Positions 21,921 through 31,378 of a DNA stretch of 64,000 bases are shown in pieces. Within the stretch, counting starts at the first letter, position 1. The number at the start of each line of letters is the position of its first letter. The notes below the pieces were generated by a model. It did not search any database. It was not told where the DNA came from and worked only from the letters and a program-made list of their open reading frames with translations. This DNA is from Chitinophagales bacterium (GTDB taxonomy: Bacteria > Bacteroidota > Bacteroidia > Chitinophagales > UBA10324): contig JANWWJ010000031.1 of the NCBI GenBank assembly GCA_025056305.1, positions 134,192-198,191 of the forward strand, read 5' to 3'. The position numbers and the translations under genes are program-made.

Positions 21921-22823
21921 GTAGCCTACCGAATCGTGCACGTTGGCCGCAGGAGCATGAGCTTCAGCATAGGCAACTATGGCAGCGGCCACATCCACTC
22001 CGCTGGCAGCCTCAATCCCTTTAAGGCCTGGCGATGAATTCACCTCAAGCACAACAGGCCCTCGTGCCGAGCGAATAATATCGACGCCTGCCACTCCAAG
22101 GCCCAGGGTGTGGCACGCCTGAAGCGCAAGTTGTGCCTCTTCTGCCTTAATCGCTACAGCCTCGCCCTTACCCCCACGGTGCAGGTTGGAACGGAATTCC
22201 CCTTTGCGCCCAACCCGCCGCATGGCTGCTATAACTTGGTCGCCAACCACCAACACACGCAAGTCGGCACCTCCAGCTTCATGAATGTATTCCTGTACCA
22301 GAATGTTGATGTTTTGACCCCAAAATGCTTCGATGGTAGAGCGAGCTACTTGAAGGGTGTCGGCGAGAATGACGCCTTTCCCTTGGGTTCCTTCAATTAC
22401 CTTGATAACTACGGGAGGTCCTCCCACCATGGCAATAAGCTCATCGACATTATGAGCATCGTGCGCAAAAACCGTTTTGGGGATGTTGAGGCCGGCACGG
22501 GCCAGCAGCTGAAGCGAACGTAACTTGTCGCGGCTGCGTGTTATTGCCTGAGACTCGTTGACCGAAAAAATGCGTTTCATCTCAAATTGCCGGACCAAGG
22601 CCGTGCCATAAAAAGTATAGCTGGCTCCGATACGTGGAATTACAGCTTCAATCCCTTTCACTTCAGCTCCCTTAAAGAATATCTTAGGTTGTCCTTGTTC
22701 GATGGTCATGTAGCAGTGCCGATAGTCCAAAATGATGGGGTCATGCCCTTTGGTTATACAGGCGTCGCGCAGGCGGGCTGTGCTGTATATGCGATCACTG
22801 CGGGAAAGGATTGCTATGCGCAT
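21918..22823 (-). CDS. rimK: RimK-family ATP-grasp alpha-L-glutamate ligase
   Basis: MRIAILSRS..., with ATP-grasp motifs (VVIKVIEGTQGKGV, LVQEYI, DLRVLVVG, GVDIIRS..GPVVLEVNSSPG). Start at the ATG at 22823. Confidence 0.85.
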   Translation of the reverse strand: MRIAILSRSDRIYSTARLRDACITKGHDPIILDYRHCYMTIEQGQPKIFFKGAEVKGIEAVIPRIGASYTFYGTALVRQFEMKRIFSVNESQAITRSRDKLRSLQLLARAGLNIPKTVFAHDAHNVDELIAMVGGPPVVIKVIEGTQGKGVILADTLQVARSTIEAFWGQNINILVQEYIHEAGGADLRVLVVGDQVIAAMRRVGRKGEFRSNLHRGGKGEAVAIKAEEAQLALQACHTLGLGVAGVDIIRSARGPVVLEVNSSPGLKGIEAASGVDVAAAIVAYAEAHAPAANVHDSVGY

Positions 22824-22827
22824 CCAT

Positions 22828-23292
22828 CTATTTTTTGGTTGACAATTGCCGCAATTTCTGGCGGTACGACAGGTTGATGCGCGTGACATCTATAATAAAG
22901 CGGTTGCGCAATAATTGCCTTCCTAACAGTACAGGATATTTCATGGCCGACCTGTCAGTAAGTGCCAACTCAGTAATGTATTCCTTACCAAACAAAACCA
23001 CAGTAGTCTTAATGGTGTAGCGGTAATCCGTGTGTCCAAAACTGCTTCGCACTTGCTTACTGGCATGGACCGGAACGGTGATTTTTTGTTTGAGTCCGGG
23101 CAAGCGAAACGAAACCAGATGTTGCCCTTCGTGATAGAAAGCTTCAATGTCTTCGCCATGGATAACGGAAGTGTATGCACCACTGTCAATTTTTGCCGGC
23201 ACATCGTAGAGGTTCAATTCAGGAAAGTCTACCCGATCAATGCGGCCTATGGTATGTAACCTGAGCTTGCGGATAGCCTGCTTGAGTCCCAT
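22828..23292 (-). CDS. RimK-associated retropepsin-like / 'ATP-dependent zinc protease' family protein
   Basis: 154 aa. The motif VPAKIDSGAYTSVIHG (DSGA aspartic-protease-like) and the position directly upstream of rimK (5-nt gap) fit the usual pairing. Confidence 0.75.
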   Translation of the reverse strand: MGLKQAIRKLRLHTIGRIDRVDFPELNLYDVPAKIDSGAYTSVIHGEDIEAFYHEGQHLVSFRLPGLKQKITVPVHASKQVRSSFGHTDYRYTIKTTVVLFGKEYITELALTDRSAMKYPVLLGRQLLRNRFIIDVTRINLSYRQKLRQLSTKK

Positions 23293-23302
23293 GGCAAAAA
23301 AT

Positions 23303-24475
23303 TCATGCGTAAGCTACCGGTGTCTTCGGCGCCTCGTATTGTTTCAGCTCATGATAGAGTGAATCACGCTCTACGGCAACGTAACCGGCATCATGGATCA
23401 AGCTCACCAGTTCTTCAGTGGTCATGGCAGGATGCTGTTCTTCAGCACCGGCCATGCTGTAGATGCGCGTGGAGTCGTCAATGGTTCCGTCCAAATCATC
23501 TACACCAAAAGAGAGCAACAATTGAGCTTTTTGACGGCCGATCATGGGCCAATAAGCCTTAAGGTGTGGAATGTTATCCATGAAAATACGCGCCATGGCG
23601 TAGCAGCGAAGGTCTTCGGTAACCGGCACTTCCGGCAAATGGCTCATTTCATTGTTCTGATTGCGAAATTTTAAGGGGATGAAACAATTAAACCCGCCAG
23701 TGCGATCCTGTAGCTGACGTAAGAGTTCCATATGATGTAGCCGGTGGTAATAAGTTTCGATATGACCATACAACATGGTGCAATTAGAGGGCATACCTAA
23801 GCGGTGGGCCGTCTCGTGAATAGTCAACCACTGCTCAGCATCGGCTTTGTCGGCACAAATCTGCATGCGTATTTCCGGATGAAAAATCTCAGCCCCGCCA
23901 CCAGGAAGTGAATTCACGCCTGCCGCCTGCAGCCGGCGCAAGCCATCCTTGACAGACACGCGCGCCTTGCGGAACATGTATTCCAACTCAACGGCGGTGA
24001 AGGCCTTGATGTGCACCTCTGGCCAATGCATACGTATTTTTTTAATCAATTGTTCAAAGAAAACGAGGCTCATTTTCGGATGCACGCCGCCTACGATATG
24101 CACTTCGGTAAAGCCCTGTTCCTTCCGCCGTAATACTTCTTGCATCATTTGCTCTTCGCTCAATTCCCATGCATCGTCGGCCGGTTGAAAGCTGCGGGCA
24201 TAGGAACAAAACTTGCAGTCAAAAACACAGCGATTAGTAGGTTCTAAATGAAAATTCTTGTTGAAGAATGTCTTTTTTCCGTACCGCTGCTGTCGAAGAT
24301 AATTAGCGAGGGCCCCCAACAAGGCCAGTGGTGCTTCATTATACAGCTTTAATCCTTCTTCAATGGTTAATCTCCTGCCCTCAACAACCCTGTAAGCGAT
24401 CTGGCGGACCGCATTTGATAAGGTCAGTTGTCTTAAAAGCTGTTCGGGGATGACCGGCTCCATCTGATGCATCAC
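23303..24475 (-). CDS. radical SAM enzyme of the MqnE/MqnC (CofH-like) futalosine-pathway family
   Basis: It has the CxxxCxxC cluster NRCVFDCKFCSY and CofH/Mqn-like blocks (VHIVGGVHP, LPGGGAEIF, NCTMLYGHIE). I cannot separate aminofutalosine synthase from the cyclase by eye. Confidence 0.75.
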   Translation of the reverse strand: MMHQMEPVIPEQLLRQLTLSNAVRQIAYRVVEGRRLTIEEGLKLYNEAPLALLGALANYLRQQRYGKKTFFNKNFHLEPTNRCVFDCKFCSYARSFQPADDAWELSEEQMMQEVLRRKEQGFTEVHIVGGVHPKMSLVFFEQLIKKIRMHWPEVHIKAFTAVELEYMFRKARVSVKDGLRRLQAAGVNSLPGGGAEIFHPEIRMQICADKADAEQWLTIHETAHRLGMPSNCTMLYGHIETYYHRLHHMELLRQLQDRTGGFNCFIPLKFRNQNNEMSHLPEVPVTEDLRCYAMARIFMDNIPHLKAYWPMIGRQKAQLLLSFGVDDLDGTIDDSTRIYSMAGAEEQHPAMTTEELVSLIHDAGYVAVERDSLYHELKQYEAPKTPVAYA

Positions 24476-24508
24476 CTATAGCGCGTTAGCTTGTTTCGTT
24501 ATACGAAA

Positions 24509-26737
24509 CTACGTGCCTTCCAGCAAGCGCGGCAAGGTGCCCTCGTACACAGCACGCCATTCACTCAGAACGCCCCAGTCATCGTGATTTACGATTATTC
24601 GCTCATCGATGACCTGCCCCAAGCAACTGAACTCTACATCCTGACCCATTAAACATTTCAAAAACTCGTTTTCGTGTTCAGGCGCAACGGTTACCACAAT
24701 GCGACCTTGGGCCTCACCAAATAAAAATGCGTCGGCACGGATGTGGCTTTCGGTGCCAATGTCAAACCCTTTATTGCCCCATAATGCTGACTCCAGCAGC
24801 GTGAGGAACAACCCACCCTCTGAAACATCGTGGGCAGATCGGATCAAGCGCTGCGCGATTAGTAAAGAGACGGTCCGCTGCACCTCCAACTCCTGCTTAA
24901 GGTCAAAGTAGGGTGCGGGTGAATGCTCAATTCCATGGATGGCCACCAGATATTGGGAACTGTTTACGTCATTGTGGCTTTCACCGATCAGGTAAATTCG
25001 ATCACCTGTTTTGTCAAAAGAGGCGGGAATGGCTTGCGTTACATCGTCCAGGATGCCTATCATTCCAATGGTCGGGGTTGGAAATACCGGCCCTTCTTCC
25101 GAATGGTTGTAAAAACTTACGTTGCCTCCGGTAACCGGTGTTCCAAAGGCACGACAGGCATCACCCATCCCTTTGACCGCATGCACAAACTGCCAGTACA
25201 CCTCGGGGTCGTATGGGTTGCCGAAATTCAGACAATTGGTAATTGCCAAAGGCTTGGCGCCGGAACAAACCACATTGCGGGCTGCTTCTGCCACGGCTAT
25301 CATAGCACCGGTATATGGGTCGGCATAGACGTAACGCGCATTGCAGTCAACAGTAACGGCTAAACCCCGCTGTGAATGTGGTAAACGCAGTACTACGGCA
25401 TCTGATCTCATGCGTGTGCTGGTATTAACCAGCCCAACCATCGAATCGTATTGCTCACTGATCCATGTTTTTGCAGCCAGGTTGGGCAGGCTTATCAATT
25501 GCATGGCCACTGCCCGCAAGTCAGCAGGAAGGGCAAGGGCAGACAGAGAAAACAATTTTTGTTTTTCCAAATATGAAGGTTGCCGGTACAAGCGCTCATA
25601 CTGAGGGGCCTCACCCCCCACCACCAGCCACGATGCTTTAAGGTCAGCTACCAACTCCCCGCTCATGAAACAGCGCACACGCCCCGAGTCGGTAACTTCT
25701 CCGATACAAACACAGGGAACATCCCATTTTTCGTAAATACGACTCACTTCCTCCTCCCTGCCTTTTGCGACTACCAACAACATGCGCTCCTGAGATTCTG
25801 ACAACAATATTTCCCAGGGCTGCATGGATGACTGCCGCAGCGGGACCCGATCCAGGTGAATATCCATTCCGGTTCCTGCCCGCGCACTCATTTCGCATGT
25901 GGAACAGGTGATACCCGCTGCACCCATATCCTGCATACCTACAATAGCACCGGTTTTTACTGCCTCAAGGGTTGCTTCCAGTAACAGCTTTTCCGTAAAT
26001 GGATCGCCAACCTGCACACTTGGCAGGTCTTCGTGGGCGTCTTTGCCGATATCCTGAGAAGCGAAGCTGGCGCCGTGAATACCGTCTTTACCTGTGGCGC
26101 TGCCGACAATAAATACGGGATTGCCGGGCCCTTTTGCTGTTGCCGACACCGCCTCTCCGATCCGTACAATGCCAATGCTCATGGCATTTACCAGTGGATT
26201 GGTGTAGTAACACGGTTCGAAATACACTTCACCACCGACAGTGGGCACACCGAAGGCATTACCGTAATCGCTGATGCCTTTGACTACGCCGCGCAGCAAA
26301 AAGCGGCTTCGCGCTTCCGTTAGCAAGCCAAAGCGCAGTGAATTCATCGCTGCAATGGGTCGAGCCCCCATCGTGAAAATGTCGCGATGTATTCCGCCAA
26401 CCCCTGTCGCTGCTCCTTGATAAGGTTCAACGGCTGAAGGGTGATTGTGCGATTCGATTTTGAAAGCACAGGCCCAGCCATCACCGATATCCACCAAACC
26501 GGCATTTTCCTCCCCTGCCCTGGTGAGCAGAGCTCCTCCCTCTCGCGGTAATGTTTTTAACCACCGAATAGAATTTTTGTAGGAACAATGTTCACTCCAC
26601 ATGGCCGAGAACATAGCCAGCTCCGTGAAATTGGGCAGCCGCCCCATCAACCCAACAATGCGCTCAAACTCTTCGGGTAACAAACCCAACTCTACAGCCA
26701 CATCGGGTGACACCTCTGGCGTGAATAACACCGTCAT
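24509..26737 (-). CDS. purL: phosphoribosylformylglycinamidine synthase subunit PurL
   Basis: 742 aa with [17 protein letters not shown], and duplicated AIR-synthase-like domains. Confidence 0.95.
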   Translation of the reverse strand: MTVLFTPEVSPDVAVELGLLPEEFERIVGLMGRLPNFTELAMFSAMWSEHCSYKNSIRWLKTLPREGGALLTRAGEENAGLVDIGDGWACAFKIESHNHPSAVEPYQGAATGVGGIHRDIFTMGARPIAAMNSLRFGLLTEARSRFLLRGVVKGISDYGNAFGVPTVGGEVYFEPCYYTNPLVNAMSIGIVRIGEAVSATAKGPGNPVFIVGSATGKDGIHGASFASQDIGKDAHEDLPSVQVGDPFTEKLLLEATLEAVKTGAIVGMQDMGAAGITCSTCEMSARAGTGMDIHLDRVPLRQSSMQPWEILLSESQERMLLVVAKGREEEVSRIYEKWDVPCVCIGEVTDSGRVRCFMSGELVADLKASWLVVGGEAPQYERLYRQPSYLEKQKLFSLSALALPADLRAVAMQLISLPNLAAKTWISEQYDSMVGLVNTSTRMRSDAVVLRLPHSQRGLAVTVDCNARYVYADPYTGAMIAVAEAARNVVCSGAKPLAITNCLNFGNPYDPEVYWQFVHAVKGMGDACRAFGTPVTGGNVSFYNHSEEGPVFPTPTIGMIGILDDVTQAIPASFDKTGDRIYLIGESHNDVNSSQYLVAIHGIEHSPAPYFDLKQELEVQRTVSLLIAQRLIRSAHDVSEGGLFLTLLESALWGNKGFDIGTESHIRADAFLFGEAQGRIVVTVAPEHENEFLKCLMGQDVEFSCLGQVIDERIIVNHDDWGVLSEWRAVYEGTLPRLLEGT

Positions 26738-26784
26738 AACTGCGGCGAAGTTACTGGATGCGGAAAGGTGGCGTCTCTAAAGGC

Positions 26785-26826
26785 CAAAAAAAAAGACGGG
26801 TAGCCCCTACCCGTCTTTTGCTTTTT
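26785..26826 (-). terminator. rho-independent terminator of the SWIB gene
   Basis: The 10-bp stem AGACGGGTAG / CTACCCGTCT (26794-26803 / 26807-26816) is followed on the minus strand by a 9-T run. It lies 13 nt downstream of the stop at 26839. Confidence 0.8.
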
Positions 26827-26838
26827 GACCGAAAAGCC

Positions 26839-27171
26839 TTAAGACAAGTGTTTGTTGACCATTTTGGTCATTTCAAACATGCTGACCGAGCGCTTGCCGC
26901 CAAAGATGGCCTGCAGGTTGGCATCGGCATTGATCTGCCGCCGATTCTTAGCGTCCTGAAGCTTGTTTTTCTTGATATAAGCCCACACACGCTTTGTGAT
27001 TTCGGTACGCGGGAGGGGCTTGTTGCCCACGATCACGGCCAGTTGCGGCGAAGGGGTCATGGGCTTCATGAACGCTTCATTCGGCTTGCGCTTGGCCTTG
27101 GCTTTCGGCTTGGCAGCTGCCTTCTTCTTGGGGGCTGCCTTCTTCTTGGCGGGTTTCTTTTTAGTAGCCAC
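26839..27171 (-). CDS. SWIB/MDM2 domain protein with Lys/Ala-rich histone-H1-like N-terminal tail
   Basis: The tail ATKKKPAKKKAAPKKKAAAKPKAKAKRKP is followed by a SWIB-like core (PSPQLAVIVGNKPLPRTEITKRVWAYIKKNKLQD...MFEMTKMVNKHL). GTG start at 27171. Confidence 0.8.
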   Translation of the reverse strand: MATKKKPAKKKAAPKKKAAAKPKAKAKRKPNEAFMKPMTPSPQLAVIVGNKPLPRTEITKRVWAYIKKNKLQDAKNRRQINADANLQAIFGGKRSVSMFEMTKMVNKHLS

Positions 27172-27289
27172 AGTTAGAGGTTTTTGGTGAGTAAATCTAA
27201 TTTACAGAGCGAAAAAGTAGTACAGCTCTAAATCTTTTGGCAATACTTATTTAAAAAAGTTATCAACAACCATTTGTCCCCAAACACTG

Positions 27290-28593
27290 CTTTTGCATAC
27301 ATAGCTTCTCGTAAGCTCACCAAACCAGCAGCCCCGGAGCTAACCAATCTGACTACCCGGCTTTTGTCCTGTGATTTTTTGTAATAGCATAAGAGATGGT
27401 TGGCGATCTAAAGCCGGCAGAAAGCGAAGCGCTCCTGTGTAAGAAGCACTATGAGCGGCAACTGTTTGGCTTAAGCACAAAAGAATTGTAAGGTATGCCC
27501 GTGAAAATGCTTGTGCCTGATGATCTCGTGCCCTTCATTAGGAACATTGCCATCATTTTATGAATGACATTCAGAATTGACCTATGGGTGTTGGACGTGG
27601 TCTTTACGGTCGTCGGAAAGACGGGGCTGTTTTTGCGGTAGACATCAGCCTGGGGCATTACCACACCGAGCAAGGGCCTCAACCGGTGCCTTCACCAACC
27701 ACCGCACTGTTCGAAAAAAGAATTAGAAAGTTCTGTTGCGCCAGCAGGTGCTGCACAAACATGCCGAAGAAGTTCAGCTGCCGAACACCCAACCGCAACA
27801 ACCGGCAAAGGAGCGCACAAACCAACTCAAAGAAGCTGTAAACCAACCATAACTTTCGCGTCGAGAGTTAGCTGTTACGCTGGTAAAAGAAAGGGAGCTC
27901 AGCGACCTGTAGTCGCAATTTCTGATCGTGACCTTAAATGAATTCTGCACCCCCATGAGCACAATTCGCTTCAGCAGAGCTGTTGGTAAAATATGTGCGC
28001 AGCAAAAAAACCGATACGCAATTACGGCATATCCAGCGCATTCAGAAAAATATCACGCATTTCACGATCAACCTGGTGGATTTTTTCTCAATAGACCTGT
28101 TGGAGGAACTAAAAAGTCCATTAGAGCTCCAATCCGTCAGCCTGAAAGGCCTGCAGACGCTCGTCAACGACATGCAAGAAATTGCTCCTGGGGGACCGCA
28201 GGTCAGTACCTCTTGCATAGGGGGGAGCAAGTATGTTCCGCCTCTCACCTGCTCAAAAACATCCTACTCAACCTGCTTAGCAACGCACTAAAATTTACCC
28301 CTATCCAGGGTTGTGGCCATGTATATCCTCGTGTCGCTGAAGCCACCATTCAAATCAGCGTTAAAGACGACGGCATTAACATTCCTGAAAAAGACTCGCC
28401 CCATCAGGGCAACCGATTTTTCAGAAAAAACATTGCGCTGCACATTAAAAGCACTGCCTTAAACTTGCACATGGTTCAGAAGTATTTGAAATTGCTTAAT
28501 GGAAAGCTGAGCTTAATCAGCAACCCAGAAGTTGGATCAGAATCTCGCATCACCATGTCCAAGGAAGAACGTGAAAAAGATGCTACTCATTGA
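27290..28593 (+). pseudogene. decayed PAS-domain sensor histidine kinase
   Basis: PAS, HisKA and HATPase_c similarity is spread over all three forward frames. There is an in-frame TAA at 27489-27491 inside ...FGLSTKEL*GMPVKMLVP..., a TGA at 27561-27563, then GRGLYGRRKDGAVFAVDISL in another frame. The H-box reads LNEFCTPM (His lost). The N-box LLNLLSNALKFT is intact, but the G-boxes are degenerate (DDGINI, STALNL). The 5' limit is approximate. Confidence 0.65.
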
Positions 28594-29419
28594 AGACTTT
28601 GAAGATGTGCGAAAAAATGCAGCGCAGCTCCAACCGGCCAACTATCGTGTGCTTGATGGAAATGACGGAAAAAGTGGAGTGGACCTTGCCTAGAAAGCAC
28701 GATCTGACCTGATCTTACGCGCCATCATGATGCCAGTCTTAAACGGGTACAACGTTCGGCATATGCTTGGTGGGATTACTGAAACAGCTGCCATCCCATT
28801 CCTCTTTCTGATGGCCATGTCTGAAAAAGCCAAAAGGCACAAAAGCATGGAAATGGGTGCCGATGACTACCTGACAAAATCTTTTTCTGAAAGTGACTTG
28901 CCCAAAGCCAGAGAAACGCGCCAACGCAAGACTGTCATAAAGAAGTTGTATCGACACAATGAGGACGGGGAAGAACTAATTACGCACCTGTTATCGTCAC
29001 GGGAATTTTTCGGCGTCATCGCATTACCCGAAGCCCAAGCCCTCGACGACGTTGAACTAATGCTTATGCCGCGTCAGGTGTTGCAGCAACTCATCTGCAC
29101 CGGTGCGGCTATCCGCCGCACCTTCATTCGTTTCTTGGCCAGCAAGCTGGCCGACATGAAGCAACAACTGTTGCCCCTCGCCTGCAATTCCGTGCGCAAG
29201 CGGGTAGTCGATGAACTCTTGCTCAGCTACCCCCGGTACCGAAAAACACACGGCGATCAGGCAGCAAGGGCTGATTCGCGCCAAAACCCAGCCCACACCG
29301 CCGCCACCGAATCGCTCATCAGAGCCTTCAGCGCTTTCAAGACAAAAAAACTTATTGAAATAAAAGATATTAAGATTTTTATCCTGAACGAAAAAAAGCT
29401 TCGCCATCTGCTTATCTGA
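28580..29419 (+). pseudogene. response regulator (REC + cNMP-binding/Crp-like HTH) interrupted by a stop codon
   Basis: The single frame from the ATG at 28580 (MLLIEDFEDVRKN...) contains an in-frame TAG at 28691-28693. The phospho-acceptor position reads LILRAIMMP (Asp replaced by Ala), and the conserved Thr is replaced in FLFLMAMSE. The C-terminal half resembles Crp/Fnr effector and HTH domains. Confidence 0.65.
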
Positions 29420-29428
29420 GGCCAACCC

Positions 29429-30136
29429 ATGGCGCGGACCTACTTTCAGTTTAAAAATTTTCGTATAGAACAGCGAAGCTGTGCCATGAAGGTTACGACT
29501 GATGCCTGCGTTTTTGGCGCCTGGCTCCAGGTGCCTCAGCAAGGTGCTGTGTTGGACTTGGGCACAGGCACCGGTTTACTCGCGCTTATGGTAGCCCAGC
29601 GCACCGCCTTGCCGGTTGATGCCATTGAACTGGATGCCGGCTGCGCGCGCACTGCCGCTGCCAACTTTGCTTCCAGCCCTTGGGCTGATCGCCTCCGGCT
29701 CTTATGTGGCGACATCCGGTTTTATACCGCCGATCGCACGTACACGCTTGTGGTCTGCAACCCTCCGTTTTTTAGCAATCAACTTTTACCGGCCCACATG
29801 GGCCGCCGACAGGCTCGCCATGATGTCAGCCTGACACTTAATGATGTATTTGTGGCTGCCCAAAGGATGCTGGAACCGCTTCAAGGCAAGCTGGCAGTGC
29901 TGTGGCCGGCCAGCCAACTGTCCGCACTCATGCGACTGTCGGTGTCGTTCCGTATGTATTTAGAACAACAACTATTTATTCAAGCCTCGCCTACACGTCC
30001 GCCACATTGTGTGGCCTGCCTGTTGGCACAAGCACCAGTACAAGTGCACCAACAGCACCTGCTCATTTGCGACCATCAAGGACAATATACGGCTGAGTTT
30101 CGCCGGCTGCTGCAGCCCTACTATCTGCATTTTTAG
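29429..30136 (+). CDS. tRNA1(Val) (adenine37-N6)-methyltransferase (TrmN6/YfiC family)
   Basis: It has FQFKNFRIEQRSCAMKVTTDACVFGAW, the SAM motif LDLGTGTGLLALM, and the catalytic VCNPPFF. Confidence 0.8.
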   Translation: MARTYFQFKNFRIEQRSCAMKVTTDACVFGAWLQVPQQGAVLDLGTGTGLLALMVAQRTALPVDAIELDAGCARTAAANFASSPWADRLRLLCGDIRFYTADRTYTLVVCNPPFFSNQLLPAHMGRRQARHDVSLTLNDVFVAAQRMLEPLQGKLAVLWPASQLSALMRLSVSFRMYLEQQLFIQASPTRPPHCVACLLAQAPVQVHQQHLLICDHQGQYTAEFRRLLQPYYLHF

Positions 30137-30266
30137 TGTAGGCAATTGGATACACCTGGCTAAACGCCGGTGAATACTCGACAACCTCTGCGCAGACACG
30201 TCAGGTATTTTTACGCAGACAAAATAACCTGACCTCTCGCTCGTTCACAGTTGCAAGCTGCAGTTT

Positions 30267-30971
30267 ATGGTGCTCATTCAGATCACGCAGGCCGCCGTAG
30301 ATAGCCTGACGCTTTCTTCAAATGTGTTCCAGAATCAGGCACCGATGCAGGAGTCGCTCACTCTGCTGAATCTTCTGATCAAAGGCGGCTGGATTATGAT
30401 TCCCATCGGTATTTTTTCGCTGCTGGCCGTTTATTTCACTTTGGAACGCTTCATGGTCATCAACCGGGCCCGACGGATTGACCAAAGCTTTATGTACACC
30501 ATCCGTGACCAGTTGTTACAAGGGAAAATGGATGCTGCTCTGGCCCTATGCCGCAGCACCAACACCCCTATTGCACGCTTGCTGCTCAAGGGAATTAAGC
30601 GCATCGGACGGCCGATTAAAGAAGTAGAGTCAGCCGTAGAAAACGAAGGTCGTTTGGAGATTTACAAGCTGGAAAGGAACCTGCATTACCTGAGCATCAT
30701 TGCGGGGGTTGCCCCCATGATGGGATTTGTCGGCACCATCAGCGGTGTCATTAGAATTTTCTATAATATATCTGTTGAAGCCAACATCAGCATTGATGCT
30801 ATTGCTGGAGGTTTGTACGAAAAAATGATCACTTCAGCAGCCGGCCTGATTGTCGGCATATTTGCCTTCATTGCCCATCAGATGCTCAACAGCATGATTG
30901 ACCGCGTCAGCTACACACTGGAACAAACCGCCGTCGATTTCATTGACCTCATTCAGGAACCTGCCGCATGA
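30267..30971 (+). CDS. exbB: MotA/TolQ/ExbB proton channel family protein
   Basis: Three TM helices with the conserved C-terminal block APMMGFVGTISGVI...ITSAAGLIVGI. The start may be the internal ATG at 30345. Confidence 0.85.
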   Translation: MVLIQITQAAVDSLTLSSNVFQNQAPMQESLTLLNLLIKGGWIMIPIGIFSLLAVYFTLERFMVINRARRIDQSFMYTIRDQLLQGKMDAALALCRSTNTPIARLLLKGIKRIGRPIKEVESAVENEGRLEIYKLERNLHYLSIIAGVAPMMGFVGTISGVIRIFYNISVEANISIDAIAGGLYEKMITSAAGLIVGIFAFIAHQMLNSMIDRVSYTLEQTAVDFIDLIQEPAA

Positions 30972-31369
30972 GATTCCGTCGTAACGGACGCCACCGCGCC
31001 GAAGTCGCCACTTCCTCGCTGAACGATATCATGTTCATGCTGCTGCTGTTTTTCCTCATCGTCAGCACGATGATCAACCCCTCGGTCATCCGGCTTACCT
31101 TGCCAAGGGCGAAACACACCCAACAGACCGTAGCTAAAAAGATGATCACGCTTTCGGTGGATCGCAACCTCAACTATGCCATTGATGACGAGCCCGTGGC
31201 TTTCCCCGACCTGGAGGCGAAACTGGCCGCAAAGCTGGCCGGTATGGCCGACCCCACCATCGTGCTGCGTGTAGATCACCTGCTCACCATTCAGGATGTG
31301 GTAGATGTCATAGATATCGGTACCCGGCTGAAAGCGAAAATGGTACTGGCCACACAGCCGAAGCGTTAG
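30968..31369 (+). CDS. exbD: biopolymer transporter ExbD/TolR
   Basis: 133 aa with LNDIMFMLLLFFLIV as the N-terminal TM helix and a periplasmic domain. It has an ATGA overlap with exbB. Confidence 0.85.
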   Translation: MRFRRNGRHRAEVATSSLNDIMFMLLLFFLIVSTMINPSVIRLTLPRAKHTQQTVAKKMITLSVDRNLNYAIDDEPVAFPDLEAKLAAKLAGMADPTIVLRVDHLLTIQDVVDVIDIGTRLKAKMVLATQPKR

Positions 31370-31378
31370 CCTGTTGCC

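Noticed and set aside
27080-27171. A short tandem nucleotide repeat (GCTGCCTTCTTCTTGG x2) that could be taken for a non-coding repeat.
   Set aside because: It is the coding sequence of the Lys/Ala-rich tail of the SWIB protein, that is, a low-complexity codon repeat.
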